64,000 nucleotides of DNA from an uncultured virus (IMG/VR IMGVR_UViG_3300008262_006132) (lineage: Duplodnaviria; Heunggongvirae; Uroviricota; Caudoviricetes): the IMG/VR virus record IMGVR_UViG_3300008262_006132, positions 1 to 64,000 of that record; one strand, 5' to 3'. Within the stretch, counting starts at the first letter, position 1. Each line of letters opens with the position of its first letter. The notes below the pieces were generated by a model. That model was not told where the DNA came from and did no database searches. It worked only from the letters and a program-made list of their open reading frames with translations. This document shows, one piece after another, positions 10,621 to 20,694 of the stretch. The position numbers were made by a program, and so were the translations under genes.

Positions 10621-11094
10621 ATGAAAAATTTAATCACATCAATCCTAATACTGGTAAGTGTTTTGGGATTTTCTCAAGAGAAATACGATTTATTTCTTGA
10701 TAAAGATAGAGCAGCTACATTTAATCAACCAAATTCATTAGAAAGAGCTTGTCAAATTTATAACTATGAACAAGTTGACTCAGTTTCTTTTTTGATCTAT
10801 AACGATTATTTAAGATTTGAATTCAAAATAGACTCGATCTCACTCACTGAAACTGAAAATATTAAGGGCAATTGTAAGGTCTCATTCTGTGGTTCTGATG
10901 ATGGTACATATAAAACCACACTTAATAAAATGGACCGCTATTGGTATATTATAAAATTTATTCAATCAGAAGAGATTTACCATTACTATTACTTTTATAG
11001 AAGATGGGATTTTTTAGAACCTTATTGGCCTGAGCATGAGAGAGTGATTATTGACGCCTCAGTTGTACCAACCACTGTAAGCGATTCTAACTGA
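10621..11094 (+). CDS. Secreted hypothetical protein
   Basis: Signal peptide MKNLITSILILVSVLGFS-Q. Confidence 0.7.
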   Translation: MKNLITSILILVSVLGFSQEKYDLFLDKDRAATFNQPNSLERACQIYNYEQVDSVSFLIYNDYLRFEFKIDSISLTETENIKGNCKVSFCGSDDGTYKTTLNKMDRYWYIIKFIQSEEIYHYYYFYRRWDFLEPYWPEHERVIIDASVVPTTVSDSN

Positions 11095-11772
11095 TGTAAC
11101 TCCTCTATTTACATGTGATACATAGTGGAACTTTCCTTTTCCATCTGGAATGTGGAAAAGAGTAAGTGTGTTAAATGTTGGACTTTCACTATATTCAATT
11201 TCAGTAACTTGATCATTAGTGAAGTGTAAAACACCACCCCAATGAGGCATCCATCTTTTGGTCAATTGTAAAACAAAACCCATCTTACCTAAAGATTCAT
11301 CGTGATGAGGAGATAGAAAACAACCTTCTGAATATTTTGATGCAAAAAGAGTGTTATAATTTGATATCTCCTGTCCTGATACTCTACTTAGAAAGTTTAG
11401 TACTTCCTCAGATCTTAACCAAGTTCTAAAGTCACACTCTTTACACCAACATCCTTGTACGTGGTCTCCTGCTGTTCTATAAAAATGATATGAAAAACCT
11501 CCAGTATTAAAAATACTATCAGAGTGGTTTCTTTCCATTAATATTCTTTCTTGATTTTCTGGAAAATCTCTGATAAAATCTACGGATCCGTTTGTTCCTG
11601 GTGAACTTACCGAGTACCACCAATTTTGTGCCATCTCGTCTGTAAAAAAGCTAGACAACTGATTTGCATAGTCATAATTTAGAAAGTTTCTAATTACAAC
11701 AGATCCTTGATTTACGAATTGATCATGCAATTCTTCAGGGTTTATATCGGGATTGATACTAGGACTAAACAT
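11059..11772 (-). CDS. 2OG-Fe(II) dioxygenase, prolyl-hydroxylase-like
   Basis: HxD in FLSPHHD, WGGVLHF, PTFN, HYVSHV, RIAYSGWY. Confidence 0.88.
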   Translation of the reverse strand: MFSPSINPDINPEELHDQFVNQGSVVIRNFLNYDYANQLSSFFTDEMAQNWWYSVSSPGTNGSVDFIRDFPENQERILMERNHSDSIFNTGGFSYHFYRTAGDHVQGCWCKECDFRTWLRSEEVLNFLSRVSGQEISNYNTLFASKYSEGCFLSPHHDESLGKMGFVLQLTKRWMPHWGGVLHFTNDQVTEIEYSESPTFNTLTLFHIPDGKGKFHYVSHVNRGVTSVRIAYSGWYN

Positions 11773-11802
11773 ATAATTTATAGTTTCTTTTTAATTTGAA
11801 GT

Positions 11803-12174
11803 TCAAAATAATATTTGTGGATATTTATCAAGTAATTTATAACCCAATTTTATTTTACTATTTAATAGTGGTGTTGAATACTCTACTATTTCAAATACTA
11901 TTTTAATCTCATCATTTTTACTTATCTCTTTTCTAACAATTTTCATGTGAATTAAATCAACAGACTCAATTTCCTTTTTGAGATTAGTTTCTAAGAATTT
12001 GGTTTTTGTTGTAAATTCTTGAAGTTCTTTAACGAGTTTTTCGGTCCATAGTAAATAAGGACTTAATATATGATTTGAATAACTATCATCTACTGATTTT
12101 AAATATTGAAGAAGTAGATAATTCTTGTGTTCGAAATCTAACGGTGTTTGACAGTACCAATCTAAATTCAACAT
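11803..12174 (-). CDS. Hypothetical protein
   Basis: 123-aa ORF in a minus-strand run. Confidence 0.65.
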   Translation of the reverse strand: MLNLDWYCQTPLDFEHKNYLLLQYLKSVDDSYSNHILSPYLLWTEKLVKELQEFTTKTKFLETNLKKEIESVDLIHMKIVRKEISKNDEIKIVFEIVEYSTPLLNSKIKLGYKLLDKYPQILF

Positions 12175-12193
12175 ACTGTGAAAATAATTTTTA

Positions 12194-12859
12194 TTACCAC
12201 AAATTCATCTTTTGATATACATCTTTCCACTCATTCTCAATCTGTGGTCTATCTTGTTCATTTTGTAGATGATTGATTGATCCAACAAGATTACTGTTAA
12301 AATCAAAAAACTTAATATTATCACCCATATCATCAACTTTGTAAATCTCACAATTAAGGCGATTTGACATATTCATCAAAAGTCCATCTATATTGATTTT
12401 ATCCTCTACTCTTTTCATAATTGCCTTTGGTTCCATTTTTCTGAACTCAATAAATACACTATCATCTGAGTCGTAGTAAAAATATTTTTGAATTGCCTTT
12501 TCAACTAATTCACTAGACCACTCTTTGTGAGTAGTATTATTTACTATCTCATAGTATTTATTCTCTGATGTTATGTTAACAAAAAGTTTTGCTCCTAACT
12601 TATTACAGAAATTCAAGAGCATATTTTTCTGAAAGTGATCTCTATCGGTTAAGATGTTACCCATTTTCGACTCGGGCTTGAATTTCTTTTCAATAATTAC
12701 TTTAACGGAATCATTATCATATATTATGACATCTAAATCTACTAAGTAGTGCCAATTTTCTAAAAAACCACCAACTTTTTTACTTCTGTGACCATTTGAG
12801 AAAGGTGTCCCACCACCATATAGTCTCGACTGTGCTTCTAGAATTGAAAATCTCTTCAT
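12194..12859 (-). CDS. Putative PD-(D/E)XK nuclease-like protein
   Basis: FSNGHR..VDLD..VIIEKK pattern. Confidence 0.45.
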   Translation of the reverse strand: MKRFSILEAQSRLYGGGTPFSNGHRSKKVGGFLENWHYLVDLDVIIYDNDSVKVIIEKKFKPESKMGNILTDRDHFQKNMLLNFCNKLGAKLFVNITSENKYYEIVNNTTHKEWSSELVEKAIQKYFYYDSDDSVFIEFRKMEPKAIMKRVEDKINIDGLLMNMSNRLNCEIYKVDDMGDNIKFFDFNSNLVGSINHLQNEQDRPQIENEWKDVYQKMNLW

Positions 12860-12862
12860 ATC

Positions 12863-13108
12863 CTATATATTATTTAAATTTTGTGGTGGTTCATTACCAT
12901 ATTCTTTAATTCCTTCAATTAGTTCCGAATTTTTACAAGTTATCCGTTCTTCAACGCACTTACCATCTGCGAATTTGAACCCATCGATGAAAGATGTTAT
13001 CGAAATTGATTTATTATAATCTTTAAATCTAAAGAGATTACCATCTATGTAAAGTGCCTCACATTCATCACCACCGTCTGAGAAATCAACAATAGTAAAT
13101 CTTTTCAT
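12863..13108 (-). CDS. Hypothetical protein
   Basis: 81-aa ORF with TATATA motif upstream. Confidence 0.6.
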   Translation of the reverse strand: MKRFTIVDFSDGGDECEALYIDGNLFRFKDYNKSISITSFIDGFKFADGKCVEERITCKNSELIEGIKEYGNEPPQNLNNI

Positions 13109-13124
13109 AGATTATATATAAAAC

Positions 13125-13151
13125 AAAAAGAAGTCTTTTAAGACTTCTTTT
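13125..13151. terminator. Intrinsic terminator (symmetrical)
   Basis: AAAAAGAAGTCT-TTTA-AGACTTCTTTT. Confidence 0.75.
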
Positions 13152-13176
13152 AAATGGTTGATGATTCACCTAAAAA

Positions 13177-13506
13177 TTATTTACCGTAAGCAAATTTTTG
13201 TTTTTTTCTAAAAACTCTAACTTTTCCACCAGAACCTCTTTCACTTCTTGTTCTAGTATATCTGATGAATTCGTGCTCTCTTCTAGGAATAAACACCCAT
13301 CCATTTTTTCCTTTGAAAAAGTAGGTGTGTCTTGTTCTCATTTTTCGGTTCTTAGAAAAAAGACCATCAGATACGGTTAGATTTCTGTGCTCAAAACTTT
13401 CTTTTTTAGTTTTTTTAGGTTTGTAAATTTCAACTTCTTTTTGAATTGAACATGATTCAAAAAACATGGGCATTGCCAAAAGTAATATGTAAATAAATTT
13501 TCTCAT
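13177..13506 (-). CDS. Basic putative lipoprotein
   Basis: MRKFIYILLLAMPMFFESC lipobox; K/R-rich body. Confidence 0.6.
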   Translation of the reverse strand: MRKFIYILLLAMPMFFESCSIQKEVEIYKPKKTKKESFEHRNLTVSDGLFSKNRKMRTRHTYFFKGKNGWVFIPRREHEFIRYTRTRSERGSGGKVRVFRKKQKFAYGK

Positions 13507-13590
13507 AGATTATATATAATCGTCTGAAATCCTTATTGGATAAGGATTTGGGGAAATTCAATAATTTCCCTGCTATGAAGAAAATAATTT

Positions 13591-14379
13591 TTAAATTTTT
13601 TTTATGAGACCTTTAGACTCGGCTTCTAGAAATTTGAGAACGTAGTTTTTATCGTAAAAATTGATAATTTTAGACCAATTGTCAGTTGCAAATTCTCTGA
13701 ACCAACCAGAACAAAGTGTGGTACAAATTCTCATAAGAGACCAATTAAATGCATCTTTTGATGATATTGGCTCAGAGATCCCATTAAGCATTGGTATTAT
13801 CTTTCTTTCAAGAGCAATGACATATGATTCTTCTAAAACACATTTCACTTTCTTTTCAAATGAAAAATTATCCCATAGTGATTTCTCACACCAAGCATTT
13901 GATTCATTATTTTGCATATCCTCATAAATTGGTTCAGTTTCAATAAAATTTGATTTTGTAATTTCTTTTAATTTATCTTCTTTGAGTAAATCTAAAAGTA
14001 GATTGTAGTCTTTGATATGTTTTTCAAACTTTATGGGAAAATTAATGTGACTCTTCTTTAAAGAAAGTAAAACTTCTAAAGATGCAAATCTAAGACCATG
14101 TTCAATCTCTGAATTTTGGGAATCATATTCTAGGTATTTTTTTAAAGAATTAGATTCACTGGAATTTAAAATTTCAACATTATTCGTTGTGAAGAATTTA
14201 TCTCTATTTTGAATATCAATTAAGGTAGTAATATTTTTCTGTGATTTTACTTTAGTCGGATTTAGAAAAGTAATAAGTCTTTCGATATCAGTATTTTCAG
14301 CAATGATATCGATATCTTTAACTTTCCTTTCTAGTTTAGGAAAGTGATATGTTAAAGCTTTTGAACCTACAACTAACAT
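13591..14379 (-). CDS. Phage nucleotidyltransferase-fold protein
   Basis: N-terminal GS..DxD (VVGSKAL..KDIDII); C-terminal EESYVIALER, RICTTLCSGWFREFA. Confidence 0.65.
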   Translation of the reverse strand: MLVVGSKALTYHFPKLERKVKDIDIIAENTDIERLITFLNPTKVKSQKNITTLIDIQNRDKFFTTNNVEILNSSESNSLKKYLEYDSQNSEIEHGLRFASLEVLLSLKKSHINFPIKFEKHIKDYNLLLDLLKEDKLKEITKSNFIETEPIYEDMQNNESNAWCEKSLWDNFSFEKKVKCVLEESYVIALERKIIPMLNGISEPISSKDAFNWSLMRICTTLCSGWFREFATDNWSKIINFYDKNYVLKFLEAESKGLIKKI

Positions 14380-14380
14380 T

Positions 14381-14617
14381 TTAGTAACTTGAGTCTAAAT
14401 ATGAACTATCATCGGTGTCGGTGTATGAGACTGCACCATCTTCGTTAAAATCTACTCGGTTATCTTTGATTAAATTTTTATCAATCTTTACTCCGAATTC
14501 ATTTTTATTTAGTTCATCAATGATTTCTTCAAACTGCTCACGACCTATCTCTTCATTTGTGAATCTACTTATTGCATCATCTAAAGATTGATAAAATTCA
14601 AGTAGTTTTTTATTCAT
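14381..14617 (-). CDS. Acidic hypothetical protein
   Basis: 78-aa ORF in an operon. Confidence 0.6.
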   Translation of the reverse strand: MNKKLLEFYQSLDDAISRFTNEEIGREQFEEIIDELNKNEFGVKIDKNLIKDNRVDFNEDGAVSYTDTDDSSYLDSSY

Positions 14618-14855
14618 TGTCTATAATTTTATTAATTTGAAAATCTCTAACTTCAGAAACTGATACAAACCTACCTACATTATAAACGCGGAAAGACCAC
14701 TCTTCAAGAATGACTGATGCGAAGTTATTAGTTTCAACTTTTCCTTGAAATTTTTTAACTGTATATGTTTTACCGAATTCCAATTCAGAGTTACTTGGTA
14801 GTATACAAATAACTTTATCACCAGTTTCAAATATTTTATCAGTTGTGATTTTCAC
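14610..14855 (-). CDS. Small SH3/KOW-like hypothetical protein
   Basis: FETGDKVICI..LEFGKTYTV; TATATTTG on the minus strand 14860-14867. Confidence 0.6.
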   Translation of the reverse strand: MKITTDKIFETGDKVICILPSNSELEFGKTYTVKKFQGKVETNNFASVILEEWSFRVYNVGRFVSVSEVRDFQINKIIDNE

Positions 14856-14873
14856 TTTTCAAATATAAATAAA

Positions 14874-15080
14874 TTATTCTAAAATAGAATTTATTTTATT
14901 ATCTAATTTTAAAATTTCGTAAATTTTATCAGAAATGGAAAACACGAAATCATTGGAATTGTCTTTACAAGTTATAAAATAAGTATCACCTATTTTATCT
15001 TCTTTTATTATCTCGAGACTACACATGAATCGATCATCAACTTGATAGTCAATACCTGCGATACAAATTGGATATTCCAT
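14874..15080 (-). CDS. Hypothetical protein
   Basis: 68-aa ORF. Confidence 0.55.
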   Translation of the reverse strand: MEYPICIAGIDYQVDDRFMCSLEIIKEDKIGDTYFITCKDNSNDFVFSISDKIYEILKLDNKINSILE

Positions 15081-15170
15081 ACATTTTTTACCAATTTTTA
15101 CAAAAAAGTTTCAAGGCTTGAAAATGGTCTGTATAAAATAATATATAACGTTATAAATATTTTTTAAAGT

Positions 15171-16853
15171 ATGAAATGGATTAAACCTAGAAATAGATTT
15201 GTAAATGAAGAGGCAAAACTTAGAGATGTAATTCTCCCAAAACAAGCTGAAGTAGTTGGTAAAACTTGGGGAGAGTCTTTTCTTGATTTAGAAGAAATCG
15301 AAGCAACTGAAAACATTAAACAAGGTAAATGGAAACTATCTGAAGAAGATAAAATCGAAGTTTTAGGTAAATTCTTTCAGGTAGATTTAAAATCTATTTA
15401 TAATTCATTTGAATCACTTCCTGATAAATTTGCTGAAGTTTTTAATGAGTCAATAGACACTTCTTTAATAAAAGAAGATAAAGATAAATTCGAGAAAATA
15501 TTAGATAACTTTAATATTAAAAAGCCATCAATTAATCAAATCGGTGTTTTGACAGATCCAGTATTTAGAAAGATATCAGTTAGTGAAACACTTGCTTCTG
15601 AAATAATTGTAAGAGATGAAACTGGAAGACCTATAATGGGTGAAGATGGAAGACCACAAAAAGTTGGTAAAGAACCTGGTGAAATCGTTTATTCAAAAAA
15701 CTTAGTCAATATCAACGGGTTTGTAGAAGATTTTAATAGATGTTTTTCAGAATTTAAAATTGACAGCTCACTTTTTTCAAGAGGTGAAATTCAACGATTA
15801 ATCAGTAGTTCAAAAGAAGATTTTGGAGGTGATAGATATGCAGTTGAAGTAGACCTTTACTCGAGAGATATGTTTTTGTCTATTCAACACAAAGCAAAAG
15901 ATATATTGAATATCTCAATATCAAGATTTTATTCTTCTTGTCAACATTTGTATGGTGGTGGCTATAGAAGTCAATTATTAGGAAATGTATTTGATCCAAA
16001 CACAGTTCCAGCTTTTATAATTTTTGATACTCCTATTCATAATAACAGTGGCGTTTTGATTTCTGAACAATTGCCTCTTTGTAGAATGATGGTCAGAAAC
16101 ATCGAAAGATTTGATGATTCTAAATCTAAGAGTCCTAAAATATTTTTTGACAGAGCTTATCCAGATAGAATGGAAGAAATAATGGGTAAAATTATAGAAA
16201 AATATAGTGAGAATAAAGAAAATTTTGATTCTGGTGATGGTAACTACCTATTCACTCCTGATCTACCAACAGATCTAAAATTAAGAGAGCCTTATATGGA
16301 TAGACTCGGTGTTCAAAGAGGCTACTATATTGGAGTAAATGCTAAGACGTTAAATTTCGGTGGCGATATTGATTGGTCTCAAACTAAAATTTCACCAAAA
16401 GCAAATATTGAAGAAGTAGTAATTGAGACTACTAATTTACCAGATAATTTCTTTAAAATACCACTTAAACCAAATTGGATTAAATTCAAGTTTATAAAAA
16501 TTAATAGTCTTGAACCGTTCAAAAAGATAGTCTCTGATTCTTTTGCGTTTGAGAAATGCTTGATCAGTGAAAAGTCTATTAAAGATTTACAGAAAATAAA
16601 TAAGAATATAAAGAAACTACAATTTACCGCTTGTGAACTTCACAAAGTTGAACTAAAGAAGTTTGCGAATCTAGAGGAATTACAGCTTATTTATTCTATT
16701 GATCCAGAAGAATTAGAGAAGTTTATTGAAGGTGTTAATTTCAATAAGCTGATTATATCTGGTGATTTAGTTTCAGATTCTAAGAACAAGGAACTAATTC
16801 AAAATCTAAAAAAACAAAATAAAATCGTAGAGGTAAGAGGACCAGTTATATGA
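15171..16853 (+). CDS. Hypothetical protein: CTS-like N-terminus, SC..R..DRxY..PYxD domain, LRR-like C-terminus
   Basis: 560 aa; SSCQHL, LCRMMV, FDRAYP, PYMDR; Leu-periodic tail (IKKLQFTAC, LEELQLIY). Confidence 0.75.
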   Translation: MKWIKPRNRFVNEEAKLRDVILPKQAEVVGKTWGESFLDLEEIEATENIKQGKWKLSEEDKIEVLGKFFQVDLKSIYNSFESLPDKFAEVFNESIDTSLIKEDKDKFEKILDNFNIKKPSINQIGVLTDPVFRKISVSETLASEIIVRDETGRPIMGEDGRPQKVGKEPGEIVYSKNLVNINGFVEDFNRCFSEFKIDSSLFSRGEIQRLISSSKEDFGGDRYAVEVDLYSRDMFLSIQHKAKDILNISISRFYSSCQHLYGGGYRSQLLGNVFDPNTVPAFIIFDTPIHNNSGVLISEQLPLCRMMVRNIERFDDSKSKSPKIFFDRAYPDRMEEIMGKIIEKYSENKENFDSGDGNYLFTPDLPTDLKLREPYMDRLGVQRGYYIGVNAKTLNFGGDIDWSQTKISPKANIEEVVIETTNLPDNFFKIPLKPNWIKFKFIKINSLEPFKKIVSDSFAFEKCLISEKSIKDLQKINKNIKKLQFTACELHKVELKKFANLEELQLIYSIDPEELEKFIEGVNFNKLIISGDLVSDSKNKELIQNLKKQNKIVEVRGPVI

Positions 16854-18484
16854 AAAATTTAAAATATATTAAACTTTTTGAGGCATTTGAGTCCTCTAAG
16901 ATTAGCAAGACTTTAGCTTTTATTAACAAGAGTTCAAGACAGACATTTATTGAAAAGTTGAATAATCTTGCAAAGTCGATAGATTTTCCAGTTTCTGAAC
17001 TATCTGATAAGTTTTTACAGTATTTGCCTTTTAACAAGGCACTTGAATTAAATGCTAATATAGAAGACATTCCTTGTACTGCAACAAGTAAAGGTGAGTT
17101 TTCAGATTCAGGTATAGATGGTGAAAAGTGTGAATCTGGCATGATAAAAAGAAAGTGGGGAAGAAGCATAAGAACAGTTGGTTGTCCGAATTGTCACGGT
17201 ACTGGTATTGAGCCTAAAACTAATTTTCCTATTAAGTGGGTTAAGTTTTGGTTTGATAAAGACGGTGACTATGTTCAGACAAGTGTTACTGATGGGAAAG
17301 TCAGACCTCAATCGGATACTGTTTCAGATAAACTTTCTCAAAATCTAAGTGACTATGAGGTAGTGAAAGAATTAACACTAGACGAACTTAAAAATCTAAC
17401 AACTGGTGATTATGTTAAAATCACACTTACAGATGGTAGTGGAAGATCAGTAATAGGACGAGTATTCAAATATGATAGAAACCTTAGATCAATTTATATC
17501 ATACAAAATTTTTGTTCTGGTAGTGAGCCAGATTATAGTAGTGCTTGGAAAAAATTCGGTAGACTTAGCTGGGTTATAGAATCTGGTAGTGAGTATACGG
17601 GTACCCCACTTTTACTTAAGCCCAGAGAGATAGAAAAAGATGAACGACCTAATCCATATACATGGAACGCACTACTTGGTAGAAATAATGCAGTTGAATC
17701 AAATTTAGATATGAAGAGTAAACTATCTAAGGCTCATTTTGCAATAGTTCTTGATTATTTAGAACTGTCTCAGTCAGAATTTATAAAAAGAACTGATATA
17801 CAAACAAAAAGAAAAGAGCAGACTACTGGTGCACTAGCACTTCAAAGTGATGAAGAAATTAGAAAGCAAAATATAAATAGGTATATTGAAGAAATAAACA
17901 AACGTGTTCAATTCTCTTCTGATTTTTCAAATGTTAAAAATTTAATATCTAGATTATTTGGACTAGGTAAATTCGGATATTATGTTCTAAGAGGTAGACA
18001 CTTTAGTGAATTCGATAGTATAATTACATATATGTTCAGATTTCTGAAATCTGGAGATGATCAGCAAGAATTCTACTATGAGAGAATCGTTGATAGCTTA
18101 AAACCACGTATAAAGTCTAATATTGAATTTAATAAAGAATCTGATGACGTTATGAAGTCAGTTTTTGCAAGTCAACCAGATTATATTAAACCACTTCAGT
18201 CAAAATTTGAAGAATTAAACGCTGCAATTTACAATAGATTTAAAAGTTTTAATCTTGAAAGTATTGAAGATATCGAAATATTTTTTCAGAAAATGAAATC
18301 TCTTAGAAGTCTTTGGGGAAATTCTGAAAGATTTGATAATTTAAAAAATACAGTCTACTATCCAATTGAGAGCATGTCAGATAAATGGAGATTTGAGAGA
18401 TATCTTTCACAAATTGGAGATTCACAAGTGGATTCAATCATTGAAGATATTGATAGGTTTATTTCAGTTGTTAATAAAATTTAA
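16850..18484 (+). CDS. Hypothetical protein: CTS-like N-terminus and DnaJ-type CxxCxGxG motif
   Basis: MKNLKYIKLFEAFE; CPNCHGTG. Confidence 0.75.
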   Translation: MKNLKYIKLFEAFESSKISKTLAFINKSSRQTFIEKLNNLAKSIDFPVSELSDKFLQYLPFNKALELNANIEDIPCTATSKGEFSDSGIDGEKCESGMIKRKWGRSIRTVGCPNCHGTGIEPKTNFPIKWVKFWFDKDGDYVQTSVTDGKVRPQSDTVSDKLSQNLSDYEVVKELTLDELKNLTTGDYVKITLTDGSGRSVIGRVFKYDRNLRSIYIIQNFCSGSEPDYSSAWKKFGRLSWVIESGSEYTGTPLLLKPREIEKDERPNPYTWNALLGRNNAVESNLDMKSKLSKAHFAIVLDYLELSQSEFIKRTDIQTKRKEQTTGALALQSDEEIRKQNINRYIEEINKRVQFSSDFSNVKNLISRLFGLGKFGYYVLRGRHFSEFDSIITYMFRFLKSGDDQQEFYYERIVDSLKPRIKSNIEFNKESDDVMKSVFASQPDYIKPLQSKFEELNAAIYNRFKSFNLESIEDIEIFFQKMKSLRSLWGNSERFDNLKNTVYYPIESMSDKWRFERYLSQIGDSQVDSIIEDIDRFISVVNKI

Positions 18485-18530
18485 ACTTTTAGATAGTTTA
18501 TAACTATTATTTAAGTTAAATTTTTGACGA

Positions 18531-19052
18531 ATGACAGACCCAAAACAATACGGTAATTCTGAAAAAGATCCAGTCTATGGATATTTGGAAAATCCAAAAG
18601 AACTTATATTTATTGATATGGATGGAGTTCTTGCAGACGCTGAATCAAGAATGAAAATCTGGAGTGATAAACTTGATATTTCAACTACCGAACTTTTTAA
18701 GAAAAAGTTATATCACATGCCTGGGTTCTATGCAAATCTTGATCCAATACCTGGGGCTATAGAGGCATTTCAATTACTATGTGATCATTATGAAGTTTAT
18801 ATTTTAACAGCTCCATCTTGGGAAAATCCATCTTGTTACACCGATAAAAGACTTTGGGTAGAGAAGTATTTAGGTGAAAAGGCATTTAAACGACTTATCA
18901 TAAGTAATGATAAATCACTTTTTAAAGGCAGAGCTATAATCGATGATAGAACAAAATATGGTGTAACAAAGTTTCAAGGTGAACATATTCACTTTGGAAC
19001 CGATAAGTTCCCGAACTGGAATTCTGTATTAAAATACCTTAATGTAATATGA
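18531..19052 (+). CDS. 5'(3')-deoxyribonucleotidase, HAD superfamily (NT5C-like)
   Basis: IFIDMDGVLAD, PIPGAIEA, ILTAP, DKRLWV, IIDDR. Confidence 0.92.
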   Translation: MTDPKQYGNSEKDPVYGYLENPKELIFIDMDGVLADAESRMKIWSDKLDISTTELFKKKLYHMPGFYANLDPIPGAIEAFQLLCDHYEVYILTAPSWENPSCYTDKRLWVEKYLGEKAFKRLIISNDKSLFKGRAIIDDRTKYGVTKFQGEHIHFGTDKFPNWNSVLKYLNVI

Positions 19053-19153
19053 AAAGAATTATAAAATTTTTTGAAATCCACTTTGGTTGGTTTCTCACAA
19101 ATGGAAATAAACAAGAAAAGTTTTCAAATTATTTGAAAAAAAAATATAAATAA
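19049..19153 (+). CDS. 34-aa small protein (not in ORF track)
   Basis: ATGA overlap with the nucleotidase stop; MKRIIKFFEIHFGWFLTNGNKQEKFSNYLKKKYK. Confidence 0.55.
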   Translation: MKRIIKFFEIHFGWFLTNGNKQEKFSNYLKKKYK

Positions 19154-19190
19154 TTATTTCTTTTTTGATAATTTTTCTTATCTTTGTTGT

Positions 19191-19706
19191 ATGAAAAATA
19201 CAATAATTCTTTTCACTGCAACTATTTTTTTGACATCTTGTATGTCTCGTGAGATTCTTTCAAAAGGTCTTATCTCATCTTACCAACTTGATCAAAATTC
19301 ACTAGTTGGAACAGAAGTTTATGTTACAGACCCTATTCGAATGAAGTTTGATACACTTGAACAATCGACCCACAATAAAAAAGGATTTATTCAAGTTCAA
19401 CAAATTCAAACTATTGATAAAGTAACTGTTAAAGTTCAATCAAGGGGTATCATTGAAACAGTCAATGATGTTTCTAGTTCTAGTTCTAGATCGGTAGTTG
19501 GTGTTATGTTTGAAGACCGATCTGAACCTCTATATTTTCTTATGACAAAACGTGGGGTATTTGAACTTTTCTTGGATGAAAACGGAAAAGTACCTTATGG
19601 TAAACATAACTATACACTTGTGTCTACACAAATACCACAACTTGAAGTAGTTATCAAGAAGAATAAAAATGTTTCTTCTAGTAAGATTGTTATGGACGGT
19701 TATTGA
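19191..19706 (+). CDS. Lipoprotein
   Basis: Lipobox LTSC; TATCTTTG at 19179-19186. Confidence 0.7.
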   Translation: MKNTIILFTATIFLTSCMSREILSKGLISSYQLDQNSLVGTEVYVTDPIRMKFDTLEQSTHNKKGFIQVQQIQTIDKVTVKVQSRGIIETVNDVSSSSSRSVVGVMFEDRSEPLYFLMTKRGVFELFLDENGKVPYGKHNYTLVSTQIPQLEVVIKKNKNVSSSKIVMDGY

Positions 19707-20511
19707 TATAATCAATCATCTTTTCTAATAATACATCAGCTCTATTTAGAAATTCATTTGTATTATCAAAGTCTAAATTTGCTTCATAATAGTCTTTACC
19801 TTTATTAATATAAAAAGATTCTATTAGATCTTCTGGTACAATTATACCTGAATATCTGCATTGATAAACTAGAGGCAAAACTGCATTTTTAACATCCCAA
19901 GATTTATCTCCCGTATCTGGTTGATTTCCGTCATAGTCATTTGCACCATCATCACCGTGAGCATAAAATCCGGCAAATTTTCCTTCTAAGTGATTTTTTA
20001 ACAAAGATTTATACTCTCCACTGAGTTCGGCGTCCCCTGTAATTTCAGAATTTTTAATGTTACCTTCACCGAATATTTCTAAAGCTTGTTCTTTTGTAAT
20101 TGTTTGATTTGCACAAACTAACCTATCAAACATCGCCTTTACTTGAGTTGAAACAGAGTACCAGTGAATCGGAGTAATTACTATGAATCCATCACAGTTT
20201 TCTAACTTAGTATAGATATCAGCTTGATACATTAAGTCTGGCGTCTTTGACTCTTTTGAATAACACGAACATGTCCAGTGACAGTGCATTCCATTTGATG
20301 TTGAAATACAACCTTTGCAAGGTTGAATAGTTACTTTACCAACACTAAGATCAATTATTTCCAAGTTTGCAAAAGGTGACCATTTATCAATTAGATATTC
20401 AGCAACCTTTTGTGTTTTAGGGATCTGATTAGCACACCCTTTTTCACGTCTTGGAGATCCTTGAAAAACTAGGATCTTTGGTTTATTGTCTGATATCTTT
20501 CTAATAATCAT
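19690..20511 (-). CDS. Flavodoxin-fold NAD(P)H-dependent FMN reductase / iron-sulfur flavoprotein-like
   Basis: FQGSPR, PCKGC..C...C.C, TPIHWYSVSTQVKAMFDRL. Confidence 0.85.
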   Translation of the reverse strand: MIIRKISDNKPKILVFQGSPRREKGCANQIPKTQKVAEYLIDKWSPFANLEIIDLSVGKVTIQPCKGCISTSNGMHCHWTCSCYSKESKTPDLMYQADIYTKLENCDGFIVITPIHWYSVSTQVKAMFDRLVCANQTITKEQALEIFGEGNIKNSEITGDAELSGEYKSLLKNHLEGKFAGFYAHGDDGANDYDGNQPDTGDKSWDVKNAVLPLVYQCRYSGIIVPEDLIESFYINKGKDYYEANLDFDNTNEFLNRADVLLEKMIDYINNRP

Positions 20512-20694
20512 TAATTATATATTAAGAAATTACTATTTAAATAATTTAAATATTTTAGCGACTAGTCTATCAAGGGATTGACTAAATCTACAAAAAATTC
20601 GAGTTTTTTTAATCAATATATAAAATACAATCAAAATTTAAATAATTCAAACACATCAACAGAATTATTAAATAAAAAAAAATCAATTTCAAAA

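Noticed and set aside
20578..20694. N-terminal extensions from the ORF track (also 3161, 6434, 6859, 8551, 9243, 28531, 29166)
   Set aside because: Extensions run through promoter or terminator sequence or overlap neighbours; downstream ATGs give signal peptides or CTS-like starts.
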